The notes under the pieces were generated by a model that saw nothing but the letters and a program-made list of their open reading frames with translations, made no database searches and had not been told where the DNA came from. A stretch of DNA of 28,488 nt from a virus. Made by a program: the position numbers and the translations under genes. The stretch lies in the UHGV virus genome UHGV-0289470; one strand, written 5' to 3'. Shown one piece after another: positions 16,251-25,591 of the stretch (its first letter is position 1; every line of letters starts with the position of its first letter).

Positions 16251-16657
16251 AAATTCGTCAGGCGCAGACCAGCGCAACCTACATTCTGCCGGACCCCGGC
16301 GAACTGAATAAACGCGTCCTGATCCGCCAGCGGGTGGATATGCCCGCGGATAACTTTGGCGTGGAGCCTCAATACCCGGTTGCGTTCCGGGCATGGGCGA
16401 AGGTTATCCAGACCAGTGCCACCACCTGGCAGGAAACCGCGCAGACCGGAGATGCCATCACCCATTACATCACCATTCGTTACCGCCGGGGGATCACTGC
16501 TGATTATGAGGTGGTCTGTGATGACAGTGTGTACCGGGTGAAACGTCAGCGTGATCTGAACGGGGCGCGGCGCTTTCTGTTGCTGGAGTGTACAGAGCTG
16601 GGCGAATTTACGCAGAGTCACGGAGGCAGCAATGGCGACTCCCTTTTTGCACGTTGA
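16247..16657 (+). CDS. head closure / head-tail adaptor protein
   Basis: 136 aa; ATGA overlap with the upstream gene; position in the neck module. Confidence 0.55.
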   Translation: MKIRQAQTSATYILPDPGELNKRVLIRQRVDMPADNFGVEPQYPVAFRAWAKVIQTSATTWQETAQTGDAITHYITIRYRRGITADYEVVCDDSVYRVKRQRDLNGARRFLLLECTELGEFTQSHGGSNGDSLFAR

Positions 16658-17138
16658 TGTTCAGCAGCCCGCGGAGATGCGCTTTAACCGCGCCCGTGTC
16701 CGGCGGGCGTTTGTCACGATTGGGCAGCGTCATATGCGTGATGCCCGTCGGCTGGTGATGCGCCGTGCGCGGTCGGCACCGGGTGAAAACCCCGGTTATC
16801 AGACCGGACGCCTGGCTCGTTCGATTGGTTATATGGTGCCGAGAGCCAGTAAAAAGCGAGCCGGTTTTATGACACGCATTGCCCCTAACCAGCGCAACGG
16901 GAGGGGGAACCGGATGATCTCTGGTGACTTCTATCCGGCGTTTCTGTTTTTTGGTGTCCGGGGAGGAGCAAAACGTCGTCGTAGTCATCATCGTGGTGCA
17001 TCCGGTGGCAGCGGCTGGCGACTGGCTCCACGTAATAACTTCATGGTGGAAACTCTTGAAAAGAACCGCAGCTGGACACGCTATTTTCTGGCGCGGGAAT
17101 TGCGTAAATCACTGAAGCCGGAGCGACGACACAGATGA
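16632..17138 (+). CDS. HK97 gp10-like neck/tail-completion protein
   Basis: 168 aa, Arg-rich; CGGAGG RBS at 16621-16626. Confidence 0.5.
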   Translation: MATPFLHVDVQQPAEMRFNRARVRRAFVTIGQRHMRDARRLVMRRARSAPGENPGYQTGRLARSIGYMVPRASKKRAGFMTRIAPNQRNGRGNRMISGDFYPAFLFFGVRGGAKRRRSHHRGASGGSGWRLAPRNNFMVETLEKNRSWTRYFLARELRKSLKPERRHR

Positions 17139-17695
17139 AACTGACGCCTGTTATTGCTGCACTGCGTGCCCGCTGTCCGTATTTTGAAAACCGGGTTGCA
17201 GGCGCGGCCCAGTTCAAAAATCTGCCGGAGGTCGGAAAGCTGAAACTCCCGGCGGCATATGTTGTACCGGGTGATGATTCTCCGGGAGAAAACAAAAGCC
17301 AGACCGACTACTGGCAGGAGCTGAAAGAGGGTTTCTCCGTGGTTGTCATACTGAGTAACGGGCGTGATGAGCGCGGTCAGTTTGCTTCGTATGATGTGGT
17401 GGACGATGTCCGGCAGATGCTCTTTAAGGCCCTGCTGGGCTGGAACCCGGAGGCGTGCGGTAACCCGATTACCTATGACGGCGGCACGCTGCTGGATCTG
17501 AATCGTCATGAGCTGATTTATCAGTTCGATTTTTCGGTCATCAGCGAGCTGACCGAAGACGATACCCGCCAGCAGGATGACCTGAACAGTCTGGATGAAC
17601 TGCGAACGCTGGCGATTGATGTTGATTATCTCGATCCCGGTAACGGGCCTGACGGCGATATCGAACATCACACCGAAATAACCCTTCCTTCCTGA
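17135..17695 (+). CDS. tail-proximal virion protein (Mu gp37/DUF1834-like)
   Basis: 186 aa; lies just upstream of the sheath gene in Mu-like order. Confidence 0.45.
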   Translation: MKLTPVIAALRARCPYFENRVAGAAQFKNLPEVGKLKLPAAYVVPGDDSPGENKSQTDYWQELKEGFSVVVILSNGRDERGQFASYDVVDDVRQMLFKALLGWNPEACGNPITYDGGTLLDLNRHELIYQFDFSVISELTEDDTRQQDDLNSLDELRTLAIDVDYLDPGNGPDGDIEHHTEITLPS

Positions 17696-17703
17696 GGATC
17701 CTC

Positions 17704-17874
17704 ATGTTTGTCAAACCTGTTAAAGGGCGGTCAGTGCCTGACCCTGCCCGCGGCGACCTTTTGCCTGCCGAAGGGCGAAATGTTGACGAGAACAACTACT
17801 GGCTGCGCCGTGAAGCAGCGGGTGATATCCGGCGCGTGAATAAAAAGGTGAATACCGATGACGATAAGCTTTAA
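17704..17874 (+). CDS. small conserved protein upstream of the tail sheath (DUF2635-like)
   Basis: Not in the ORF track (56 aa). ATG 17704, stop TAA 17872-17874, overlaps the sheath start. Product MFVKPVKGRSVPDPARGDLLPAEGRNVDENNYWLRR... Confidence 0.4.
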   Translation: MFVKPVKGRSVPDPARGDLLPAEGRNVDENNYWLRREAAGDIRRVNKKVNTDDDKL

Positions 17875-19354
17875 CACCATTCCGTCGAATACGCTGGTTC
17901 CGTTGTTTTATGCGGAAATTGATAACCAGGCGGCGAATACTGCACAGGACAGCGGAGCATCGCTGCTGATTGGTCATGCCAATAACGGTGCAGAGATTGT
18001 TGCCAACAGTCTGGTGCTGATGCCATCGGCAGACTATGCACGCCAGATTTGTGGTGCGGGAAGTCAGCTGGCGCGTATGGTCGAGGCTTATCGCCAGACC
18101 GACCCGTTTGGTGAACTGTATGTGATTGCCGTTCCTGAATCCACGGGCGCGGCGGCAACAGTTACGCTGACGGTGACCGGCGCGGCAACCGAAACCGGCA
18201 CGGTGAATGTTTATGTGGGACGTACCCGCGTGCAGGCACCGGTGACCAACGGCGATAACGTCGCGACGATTGCCAGCAGTATCCAGGATGCCATCAATGC
18301 CGTTCCGACCCTGCCGTTTACGGCCTCATCTTCGGCTGGCGTGGTCACACTGACCGCGCGTCATAAGGGGCTTTGCGGGAATGAAATTCCTGTCAGCCTC
18401 AATTACTACGGCTTTGGTGGGGGCGAAGTGCTGCCAGCGGGCGTACAGATTGCCGTGGCGACGGGTACCGCCGGAACGGGCGCTCCTGTTCTCACCGGCG
18501 CGGTGGCTGCAATGGCGGATGAGCCGTTTGATTATATCGGCCTGCCGTTCAACGACACGGCCTCCGTTAACACGCTGGTGACCGAGATGAACGATACCAG
18601 CGGTCGCTGGAGCTATGCGCGTCAGCTGTATGGTCATGTGTATACGGCAAAGATCGGCACGCTGTCAGAACTGGTGACCGCAGGTGACCAGTTTAACCAG
18701 CAGCACATTACCCTGGCGGGATACGAAAAAGAGACCCAGACGCCTGCCGACGAACTGGCGGCAAGCCGTACCGCCCGCGCAGCGGTGTTTATTCGCAACG
18801 ATCCGGCACGTCCCACGCAGACCGGTGAGCTGGTGGGTATGCTGCCTGCGCCGAAGGGGAAACGGTTCACGATGACCGAGCAACAGACCCTGCTGTCTCA
18901 TGGCGTGGCAACGGCGTATGTCGAAAGCGGGGTGCTGCGCATTCAGCGTGATGTCACCACGTACAGGAAAAACGCTTACGGTGTTGCGGATAACAGCTAC
19001 CTCGACAGCGAGACGCTGCATACCAGCGCGTATGTGCTGCGCAAACTGAAATCCGTCATTACCAGTAAGTACGGGCGTCACAAGCTTGCCAGCGACGGTA
19101 CCCGCTTTGGTCCCGGTCAGGCGATTGTCACACCGGCGGTGATTAAAGGGGAACTGCTGGCAACCTACCGTCAGCTTGAGCGTGCGGGGATCGTGGAAAA
19201 CTACGAACTGTTTAAGCAGTACCTGGTTGTGGAGCGTGATGCCAGCGATCCGAACCGCCTGAACACGCTGTTCCCGCCTGACTATGTTAACCAGTTGCGT
19301 GTCTTTGCCGTGGTTAACCAGTTCCGTCTTCAGTATTCAGAGGAGTCTGCATAA
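17858..19354 (+). CDS. contractile tail sheath protein (Mu gpL-like)
   Basis: 498 aa; size and position upstream of the tube gene. Confidence 0.8.
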   Translation: MTISFNTIPSNTLVPLFYAEIDNQAANTAQDSGASLLIGHANNGAEIVANSLVLMPSADYARQICGAGSQLARMVEAYRQTDPFGELYVIAVPESTGAAATVTLTVTGAATETGTVNVYVGRTRVQAPVTNGDNVATIASSIQDAINAVPTLPFTASSSAGVVTLTARHKGLCGNEIPVSLNYYGFGGGEVLPAGVQIAVATGTAGTGAPVLTGAVAAMADEPFDYIGLPFNDTASVNTLVTEMNDTSGRWSYARQLYGHVYTAKIGTLSELVTAGDQFNQQHITLAGYEKETQTPADELAASRTARAAVFIRNDPARPTQTGELVGMLPAPKGKRFTMTEQQTLLSHGVATAYVESGVLRIQRDVTTYRKNAYGVADNSYLDSETLHTSAYVLRKLKSVITSKYGRHKLASDGTRFGPGQAIVTPAVIKGELLATYRQLERAGIVENYELFKQYLVVERDASDPNRLNTLFPPDYVNQLRVFAVVNQFRLQYSEESA

Positions 19355-19710
19355 TGGCCCGTATCGGGGGAACCTGTTATTTCAAAATTGACGGTCAACA
19401 GCTATCGCTGACCGGCGGCATTGAGGTGCCCATGAACAGGACGGTTAATGATGACATCATCGGCCTGGACGGTTCAGTGGACCGCAAGGAAACTCACCGT
19501 GCACCTTATGTCAAAGGGACCTTCAAGGTGCCGAAGAATTTTCCGGTGAGCAAAATCACCTCGTCTGATGAGATGACCATCACTGCCGAGCTGGCGAACG
19601 GTCAGGTCTATGTACTGTCGTCTGCCTGGCTGCACGGCGAAGCGAACCATAATGCCGAAGAAGGTACGGTTGATCTTGAGTTCCACGGTGAAGAAGGGGA
19701 TTACCAGTAA
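19354..19710 (+). CDS. tail tube protein (Mu gpM-like)
   Basis: 118 aa, directly after the sheath gene. Confidence 0.75.
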   Translation: MARIGGTCYFKIDGQQLSLTGGIEVPMNRTVNDDIIGLDGSVDRKETHRAPYVKGTFKVPKNFPVSKITSSDEMTITAELANGQVYVLSSAWLHGEANHNAEEGTVDLEFHGEEGDYQ

Positions 19711-19979
19711 TGAAAGAGCTTGAGTTAAAGAAACCTATTACTGCTCATGGCGAGACACTCTCCGTACTTGAGTTTGATGAGCCAACCGGGAAAGATGTCC
19801 GCGAACTGGGGTATCCCTACCAGATGAATCAGGATGAGTCAGTCAGACTTCTGGCGCATGTGGTGTCGAAATACATTGTGCGGCTGGCGAAAGTGCCGCA
19901 AAGCTCTGTCGACCAGATGTCTCCGGCAGACCTGAATGCAGCGGCGTGGCTTGTGGCTGGTTTTTTCCTCCAGGCCTGA
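19710..19979 (+). CDS. tail assembly chaperone (G-like, short form)
   Basis: 89 aa, immediately upstream of the tape measure gene; contains a slippery site near its 3' end. Confidence 0.7.
   Translation: MKELELKKPITAHGETLSVLEFDEPTGKDVRELGYPYQMNQDESVRLLAHVVSKYIVRLAKVPQSSVDQMSPADLNAAAWLVAGFFLQA
19961..19967 (+). other. programmed -1 ribosomal frameshift slippery heptamer T_TTT_TTC
   Basis: In the chaperone frame the codons are ..GGT TTT TTC..; a -1 slip enters the 19946..20128 frame, which stays open to 20128. Confidence 0.55.
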
Positions 19980-20128
19980 CGGCTGAATACCTCACTGATC
20001 GCTTCTTTGACTGCGCCAGCTACTGGCGCATTAATCCCTTCGAATTGCTGAATATGCCGATCAGTGAAATTCCCTTGCTGGTCAGTCAGGCAAACAGGAT
20101 AGAGCAGGAGAAACGCACACATGGCTGA
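19961..20128 (+). CDS. -1 frame extension of the tail assembly chaperone (GT-like long form)
   Basis: ORF track 19946..20128, overlapping the 3' end of the chaperone; ends a few nt into the tape measure gene. Confidence 0.5.
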   Translation, partial: FFPPGLTAEYLTDRFFDCASYWRINPFELLNMPISEIPLLVSQANRIEQEKRTHG

Positions 20129-21953
20129 ATTTGAGCTTAAGGCGTTGATCACCGGTGTCGACAGGCTTTCTCCCGCGCTGTCGAAAATGCAAAAGAAAAT
20201 CCGGGGATTTAAACGCCAGGCGGAAGAAGCGTCACAGGGTGGGCTGGCGCTTGGTGGAGGACTGGCAGCGGGGCTGACGCTTTCCCTGAAATCTTATGCC
20301 GATCAGGAAAACGCCGCTACCGGGCTGAAAGTCGCCATGATGGATGCGAACGGCGAGGTTGGAAAGAGCTTTCAGGACATCAATAAACTGGCTATTGGCC
20401 TGGGTAACCAGCTACCCGGTACAACGGCTGATTTCCAGAACATGATGCAGATGCTGGTGCGTCAGGGGATCCCGGCAGAAAACATTCTGGGTGGTGTGGG
20501 TAAAGCGACAGCTTATCTTGCGGTACAACTGAAAAAAACACCGGAAGCGGCTGCTGAGTTTGCTGCAAAGATGCAGGATGCTACCGGAACGGCGTCAGAA
20601 GACATGATGGGGCTGTTCGACACTATCCAGAAGGCGTTTTATCTGGGCGTTGACGATACCAACATGTTGTCCTTCTTCACTAAAACCAGTTCTGTTCTGA
20701 AGATGGTGAACAAGGACGGTCTTCAGGCTGCACAGAGCCTTGCCCCCATCAGCGTCATGATGGATCAGATGGGGATGAACGGGGAGTCGGCAGGTAATGC
20801 CCTGCGAAAAGTTATCCAGTCCGGATTAAGTGTTAAGAAAATCAGGGACGTCAATAAAGTCATGGCCCGCCAGAAACTCGGGGTACAGCTCGATTTTACT
20901 GACGGCAAAGGAAGTTTTGGCGGTCTTGATAACATGTTCAGGCAACTGGCAAAGTTGCGAAAACTGACCGACGTTAAGCGAACAGGCGTACTTAAGGCAA
21001 TATTTGGTGATGATGCCGAAACCCTTCAGGTGGTCAATGCCCTGATCGATAAAGGAAAGGATGGTTACGATCAGATCCAGCAGAAGATGAATAAACAGGC
21101 CAGCCTGAATAAACGTGTTCAGGCACAGCTTGGTACGCTGTCCAACCTGTGGGAGGCAATGACGGGGACCGCAACTAACGGTCTTGCAGCTATTGGCGGC
21201 GCATTTTCTGGTGACGCTAAAAATATCACGCAATGGCTGGGGGAGTTGGGGGAAAAATTCACGAAGTTTGCGGATGAAAATCCCCGGGTTATTCGCGGCG
21301 TCGTCGGGCTTGCTGCCGGTCTTGCGATTCTGAAACTGGGATTGATGGGCGTGGGCAGTGCCATCAGTATTGTCAGCAGGATTATGTCGATGACGCCGAT
21401 TGGCATGATTGCGACGGCGATTGCTCTGGCTGCGGGATTAATTATCACTAACTGGGATGTTGTCGGACCTTATTTTAAGAAGCTCTGGGAAACCATTGGT
21501 CCTTATTTTGAGGCTGGCTGGGAACTTCTGAAGAAAGTTTTTGCCTGGTCGCCGCTGGGAATGGTGATCAATAACTGGGGACCGGTTGTTAAGTGGTTTC
21601 AGGATATGTGGGACAAGCTGAAGCCAATTATTGAGTGGTTTACCGACAGTTCCGGTGACACGGTCGATGCCATTAACTCTGCGCAGTGGGGCGCGGGTGC
21701 TTATGATGCTTATGGGACGGGAATACCGACGCGGGGATACACACCTTATCCGGCGGTGGATCCGGCTCAGTCAAACAACGCCTCCGATGCCACAGGCTCG
21801 AATCCCTTCATGATTAACAAAGCTTCTGTGCCAAAAGTTGATGGTGAGATCAAGGTATCTTTTGTGAATTCGCCTCCGGGTATGCGGGTTATGGAAACGC
21901 GATCCAGCGGTTTTGATGTCAGCCATGATGTTGGCTATACGCGGTTCAGGTAG
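20121..21953 (+). CDS. tail tape measure protein
   Basis: 610 aa, Ala/Gly-rich helical protein with transmembrane-like central segments, downstream of the chaperone pair. Confidence 0.85.
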   Translation: MAEFELKALITGVDRLSPALSKMQKKIRGFKRQAEEASQGGLALGGGLAAGLTLSLKSYADQENAATGLKVAMMDANGEVGKSFQDINKLAIGLGNQLPGTTADFQNMMQMLVRQGIPAENILGGVGKATAYLAVQLKKTPEAAAEFAAKMQDATGTASEDMMGLFDTIQKAFYLGVDDTNMLSFFTKTSSVLKMVNKDGLQAAQSLAPISVMMDQMGMNGESAGNALRKVIQSGLSVKKIRDVNKVMARQKLGVQLDFTDGKGSFGGLDNMFRQLAKLRKLTDVKRTGVLKAIFGDDAETLQVVNALIDKGKDGYDQIQQKMNKQASLNKRVQAQLGTLSNLWEAMTGTATNGLAAIGGAFSGDAKNITQWLGELGEKFTKFADENPRVIRGVVGLAAGLAILKLGLMGVGSAISIVSRIMSMTPIGMIATAIALAAGLIITNWDVVGPYFKKLWETIGPYFEAGWELLKKVFAWSPLGMVINNWGPVVKWFQDMWDKLKPIIEWFTDSSGDTVDAINSAQWGAGAYDAYGTGIPTRGYTPYPAVDPAQSNNASDATGSNPFMINKASVPKVDGEIKVSFVNSPPGMRVMETRSSGFDVSHDVGYTRFR

Positions 21954-22016
21954 TGTACAAAATGATTAATGTGTTTTTGTCTGGCATAATTTGGGTTTTC
22001 AGCTTTAAGTAGTTAA

Positions 22017-22022
22017 TATAAT
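22017..22022 (+). promoter_or_regulatory. possible -10 hexamer (TATAAT) of a moron-specific promoter
   Basis: TATAAT at 22017-22022 in the AT-rich spacer upstream of the moron ORF; no good -35 hexamer seen. Confidence 0.25.
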
Positions 22023-22052
22023 CATTCCTTACAAATGATTGAAGGGATGATT

Positions 22053-22547
22053 ATGCGTATCTTTGTTTTTTTTATATCTGCACTTTTATCTTTTAACTTG
22101 GCTGCGGAAGAGTGTAAGTTCAGCTTTAATGAGTCAGAATTAATCTCTTCTATAGGTATTGCACCAGTTAAGCAAGAGATAATAAAGGATGAAGGAATAA
22201 CTAAGCGGCAATATGAATTCAGAAGAGAATTATCTTCTGAAGAAATGCTTAGTGATGACGCTGATGAAAAATATGAGCCGCAGTTTTATATATCTGTTTA
22301 TAATCCATCATGCCCACAAAAGGTTATTGTTTGGTTTTTCAAAGACAATAAAAACACAATGGATTTAAGTAATGAGGTCCTTGCTGGTAGAGCGTTCAAG
22401 TATTTAACTGGTGTTAATGAAAGTATTTTTGAAAATAAAATGAAAAAGTTTTTAAAGGTACAGTCATTTGAATCTTTTGATGAAAGGACAGATTCTAAAT
22501 TTATAAAGAGTGGTGATATTTATTCCATTGATGTTCAACTCAGATAG
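22053..22547 (+). CDS. moron-encoded secreted protein of unknown function (signal peptide, about 164 aa)
   Basis: ORF track 22035..22547; ATG 22053 after AAGGG. N-terminus MRIFVFFISALLSFNLAAEE is a typical Sec signal peptide. The ORF and its flanks are visibly AT-rich and the codon usage is A/T-biased, unlike neighbouring genes. Confidence 0.6.
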   Translation: MRIFVFFISALLSFNLAAEECKFSFNESELISSIGIAPVKQEIIKDEGITKRQYEFRRELSSEEMLSDDADEKYEPQFYISVYNPSCPQKVIVWFFKDNKNTMDLSNEVLAGRAFKYLTGVNESIFENKMKKFLKVQSFESFDERTDSKFIKSGDIYSIDVQLR

Positions 22548-22566
22548 TAATTAAAAATATTAGGTT

Positions 22567-22623
22567 CCCGCCACATCTTCTGCGATGTAAATAACTGACA
22601 AAGCAGATTTGGCGGGTTTTTTT
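22567..22623 (+). terminator. intrinsic terminator closing the moron
   Basis: CCCGCCA (22567-22573) / TGGCGGG (22610-22616) with a structured loop, then TTTTTTT (22617-22623). Confidence 0.45.
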
Positions 22624-22638
22624 GTATCCGGAGTTTAT

Positions 22639-23967
22639 ATGACGTGGAAAGACAGGCTTCAGGATGCGTCATTTCGCGGCGTACCGTTTAAGGTTGAAGA
22701 AGAAAGTGCGGGAACCGGTCGCCGTGTGGAAACACACGAATATCCGAACCGCGACAAGCCCTATACCGAAGATCTGGGAAAAGTCACTTTCCGCCCGTCC
22801 ATCACAGCTTATGTGGTGGGAGATGACTGCTTTGACCAGCGCGATCGCCTGATTGAAGCGCTGAATAAACCCGGTCCCGGCACGCTTGTCCACCCGACAT
22901 ATGGTGAGCTGAAAGTCTGTGTTGACGGGGAAGTTCGGGTCAGCACATCGAAAAGTGAAGGGCGTATTGTCCGCTTTGACCTGAAGTTTGTCGAAGCAGG
23001 AGAACTCTCTTACCCCACATCAGGTGCGGCGACGGCGCAAACGCTGATGTCATCCTGTTCTGCACTGGATGACTGCATCAGTGACAGCTTCAGCGGTTTC
23101 AGTATCGATGGTGTGGCGGATTTCGTGCAGAACGACGTCGTCGGTAATGCCAGCACAATGCTTGGGTATGTTTCTGATGCGATGAAAGTGGTGGATTCTG
23201 CCGTATCGGATGCCGCCAGGCTGTTGCAGGGGGATATCTCGGTACTTCTGCCGCCGCCATCGTCAGGCAAAAATTTCGTTGAGCAGGTGCAGAAAATGTG
23301 GCGTACCGGGAAACGCCTTTATGGTAACGCCAGCGACCTGGTCACCATGATAAAAACGCTTTCCGGTGTCAGCCTCGGCAGCGATCTGCAACCGCGCGGC
23401 GTCTGGAAAACGGACAGTAAAACCACCGCCACGGCGACGCAGCAGCGTAACGTGGTTGCCAGCACCCTTCGTACGACCGCAATCAGCGAAGCGGCGTATG
23501 CCGTCACCCGATTGCCTGCGCCAACAATTTCTGCGGTGATGCAGAATGCCGCAGTGGGGCAGGCAACAACACCCGCGCAGAGCACTGGCTGGCCTTCCGT
23601 CACGCATCCGGCACTGAACAATGCACCGGCGGTGAAAAACACGGTTGACCTGCCGACGTGGGAAGAACTGACTGACATTCGCGACACACTGAATACGGCA
23701 ATTGATAAGGAGTTGTCCCGTACAACCAGTGATGCGCTGTTTCTGGCGCTGCGCCGGGTGAAAGCAGATCTGAATGCGGATATCAACACGCGCCTTGAAC
23801 AGTCTGCACGGATCATTCAGCGCACGCCGGATGAGGTTTTACCCGCGCTGGTGCTGGCGGAGACCTGGTTTGATAACGCGGCGCGTGACGCGGACATTAT
23901 CCGGCGTAATGCCATTACACATCCCGGCTTTGTGCCGGTGATCCCTCTGAAGGTGCCAGTGCAATGA
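22639..23967 (+). CDS. DNA circularisation protein (Mu gpN-like)
   Basis: ORF track 22609..23967; ATG 22639 after CCGGAG. N-terminal motif ..ASFRGVPF.V...GRR...HEYP.RD.PY.EDLG.. is characteristic of the Mu N family. Confidence 0.75.
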   Translation: MTWKDRLQDASFRGVPFKVEEESAGTGRRVETHEYPNRDKPYTEDLGKVTFRPSITAYVVGDDCFDQRDRLIEALNKPGPGTLVHPTYGELKVCVDGEVRVSTSKSEGRIVRFDLKFVEAGELSYPTSGAATAQTLMSSCSALDDCISDSFSGFSIDGVADFVQNDVVGNASTMLGYVSDAMKVVDSAVSDAARLLQGDISVLLPPPSSGKNFVEQVQKMWRTGKRLYGNASDLVTMIKTLSGVSLGSDLQPRGVWKTDSKTTATATQQRNVVASTLRTTAISEAAYAVTRLPAPTISAVMQNAAVGQATTPAQSTGWPSVTHPALNNAPAVKNTVDLPTWEELTDIRDTLNTAIDKELSRTTSDALFLALRRVKADLNADINTRLEQSARIIQRTPDEVLPALVLAETWFDNAARDADIIRRNAITHPGFVPVIPLKVPVQ

Positions 23968-25043
23968 ACGACAATGTCACGCTACGGGTAAATGGCCGGG
24001 AGTGGAATGGCTGGACATCGGTGCGCATCGGTGCCGGTATTGAACGGCTGGCGCGGGATTTCAGTGTGGAGATCACTCGCCAGTGGCCGGGAGATGAGGG
24101 TATCACCACGCTTCAGCCGCGCATTAAAAACGGTTCAAAAGTGGAAGTGCTGATTGGTGATGAGCTGGTGATCACCGGCTGGGTGGAGGCGACGCCCGTT
24201 CGTTACGATGCCCGTTCGGTCAGCACCGGTATTGCCGGACGTAGTCTGACGGCTGACCTGATTGACTGTGCAGCCGAACCGACACAGTTTAACGGACGCT
24301 CGCTGGTGCAGATTGCGCAGGCGCTTGCTGCGCCTTTCGGCATTGAGGTGGTGAACAGCGGTGCGCCGTCGGGTGTTATTCCTGATGTTCAGCCTGATCA
24401 CGGTGAAACGGTGATTGAGGTAATCAACAAAATACTCGGTCAGCAGCAGGCGCTGGCTTACGACGACCCGCACGGCAGGCTGGTGATTGGCGGTATTGGC
24501 TCAACGCGGGCACATACCGCGCTGGTACTTGGGGAAAACATCCTTTCCTGTGATACGGAGAAGAGTATCCGGGAGCGGTTTTCTGTTTACCAGGTGGCGG
24601 GGCAGCATGCCGGAAACGACGATGATTTCGGTGAGGCCACCACCACCGCGCTGCGGGCCCGCACAGAGGACGCATTTATTGCCCGTTACCGTCCGATGTA
24701 TATCAGGCAGACAGGGCAGGCTACGGGGGCAGGCTGTATTGCCCGTGCGGACTTTGAAGCCCGACAACGGGCGGCGCGGACGGATGAAACCACCTATGTG
24801 GTGCAGGGCTGGCGACAGGGTAACGGTACGCTGTGGCAACCCAACCAGCGGGTGATTGTCTTTGATCCGGTCTGTGGTTTCGACAATACCGAACTGCTTG
24901 TTTCGGAAGTCACGTTTACTCAGGACCAGAACGGCACCCTGACGGAAATCCGTGTCGGCCCGCCTGATGCTTATCTGCCTGAGCCCGAAGCCCCCGGCGC
25001 GCGGAAAAAGAAAAAAGCCAGAGTACAGGAGGACCCGTTCTGA
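23964..25043 (+). CDS. baseplate hub / gpD-like tail protein (Mu gpP-like)
   Basis: 359 aa; position and size in Mu-type order. Confidence 0.75.
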   Translation: MNDNVTLRVNGREWNGWTSVRIGAGIERLARDFSVEITRQWPGDEGITTLQPRIKNGSKVEVLIGDELVITGWVEATPVRYDARSVSTGIAGRSLTADLIDCAAEPTQFNGRSLVQIAQALAAPFGIEVVNSGAPSGVIPDVQPDHGETVIEVINKILGQQQALAYDDPHGRLVIGGIGSTRAHTALVLGENILSCDTEKSIRERFSVYQVAGQHAGNDDDFGEATTTALRARTEDAFIARYRPMYIRQTGQATGAGCIARADFEARQRAARTDETTYVVQGWRQGNGTLWQPNQRVIVFDPVCGFDNTELLVSEVTFTQDQNGTLTEIRVGPPDAYLPEPEAPGARKKKKARVQEDPF

Positions 25044-25591
25044 TGAGGACGATTGAAGCCATGCAGCGACAACTCCTCGGCCTGATTGGGCGGGCCGTTG
25101 TGAAAAGCATCAGTGCCGCCACGAAATGTCAGACTGTGGATGTGTCCCTGATTGCCGGTGAACCCAAAGCAGGGGTTGAACATCTTGAACCCTACGGTTT
25201 TACCGCAAGGGCAAACAGCGGTGCGGAAGCGGTGGTGTTGTTTCCGGATGGCGACCGTTCTCATGCGGTGGTTGTTACGGTGTCGGACCGGCGCTACCGC
25301 CTGAAAGGGCTGCAGACGGGTGAGGTGGCTGTCTATGACGATCAGGGGCAGTCCGTGACGCTGACCCGGGAGGGGATCGTGGTGGACGGTGCAGGTAAAA
25401 CGATCACGTTTCGCAATTCACCTAAAGCACGTTTTGAAATGGACCTGGAAGTGACAGGACAGGTGAAAGACCTGTGCGACTCCGGCGGCACCACCATGTC
25501 AGCGATGCGGCTTGCCTATAACGGGCATCGTCACAGAGAGAACGGTCAGGGAAGTAATACCGACAAACCTGATAAAGCGATGGAGGCATGA
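25043..25591 (+). CDS. baseplate spike / assembly protein V-like (Mu gp45-like)
   Basis: 182 aa; TGATG overlap with the upstream gene. Confidence 0.7.
   Translation: MRTIEAMQRQLLGLIGRAVVKSISAATKCQTVDVSLIAGEPKAGVEHLEPYGFTARANSGAEAVVLFPDGDRSHAVVVTVSDRRYRLKGLQTGEVAVYDDQGQSVTLTREGIVVDGAGKTITFRNSPKARFEMDLEVTGQVKDLCDSGGTTMSAMRLAYNGHRHRENGQGSNTDKPDKAMEA

Noticed and set aside
15837-17671. Minus-strand ORFs 15837..16394, 16154..16621, 16608..16991 and 17081..17671
   Set aside because: All lie antisense to the tightly packed, translationally coupled neck genes; Arg/Pro-rich products are typical of reverse-frame GC-rich sequence.
20826-21448. Minus-strand ORFs inside the tape measure gene
   Set aside because: Antisense to a long, continuous tape measure ORF; no RBS or domain support.
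23263-23816. Minus-strand ORFs 23263..23607 and 23319..23816 inside the gpN-like gene
   Set aside because: Antisense artefacts inside a gene with a recognisable N-terminal family motif.
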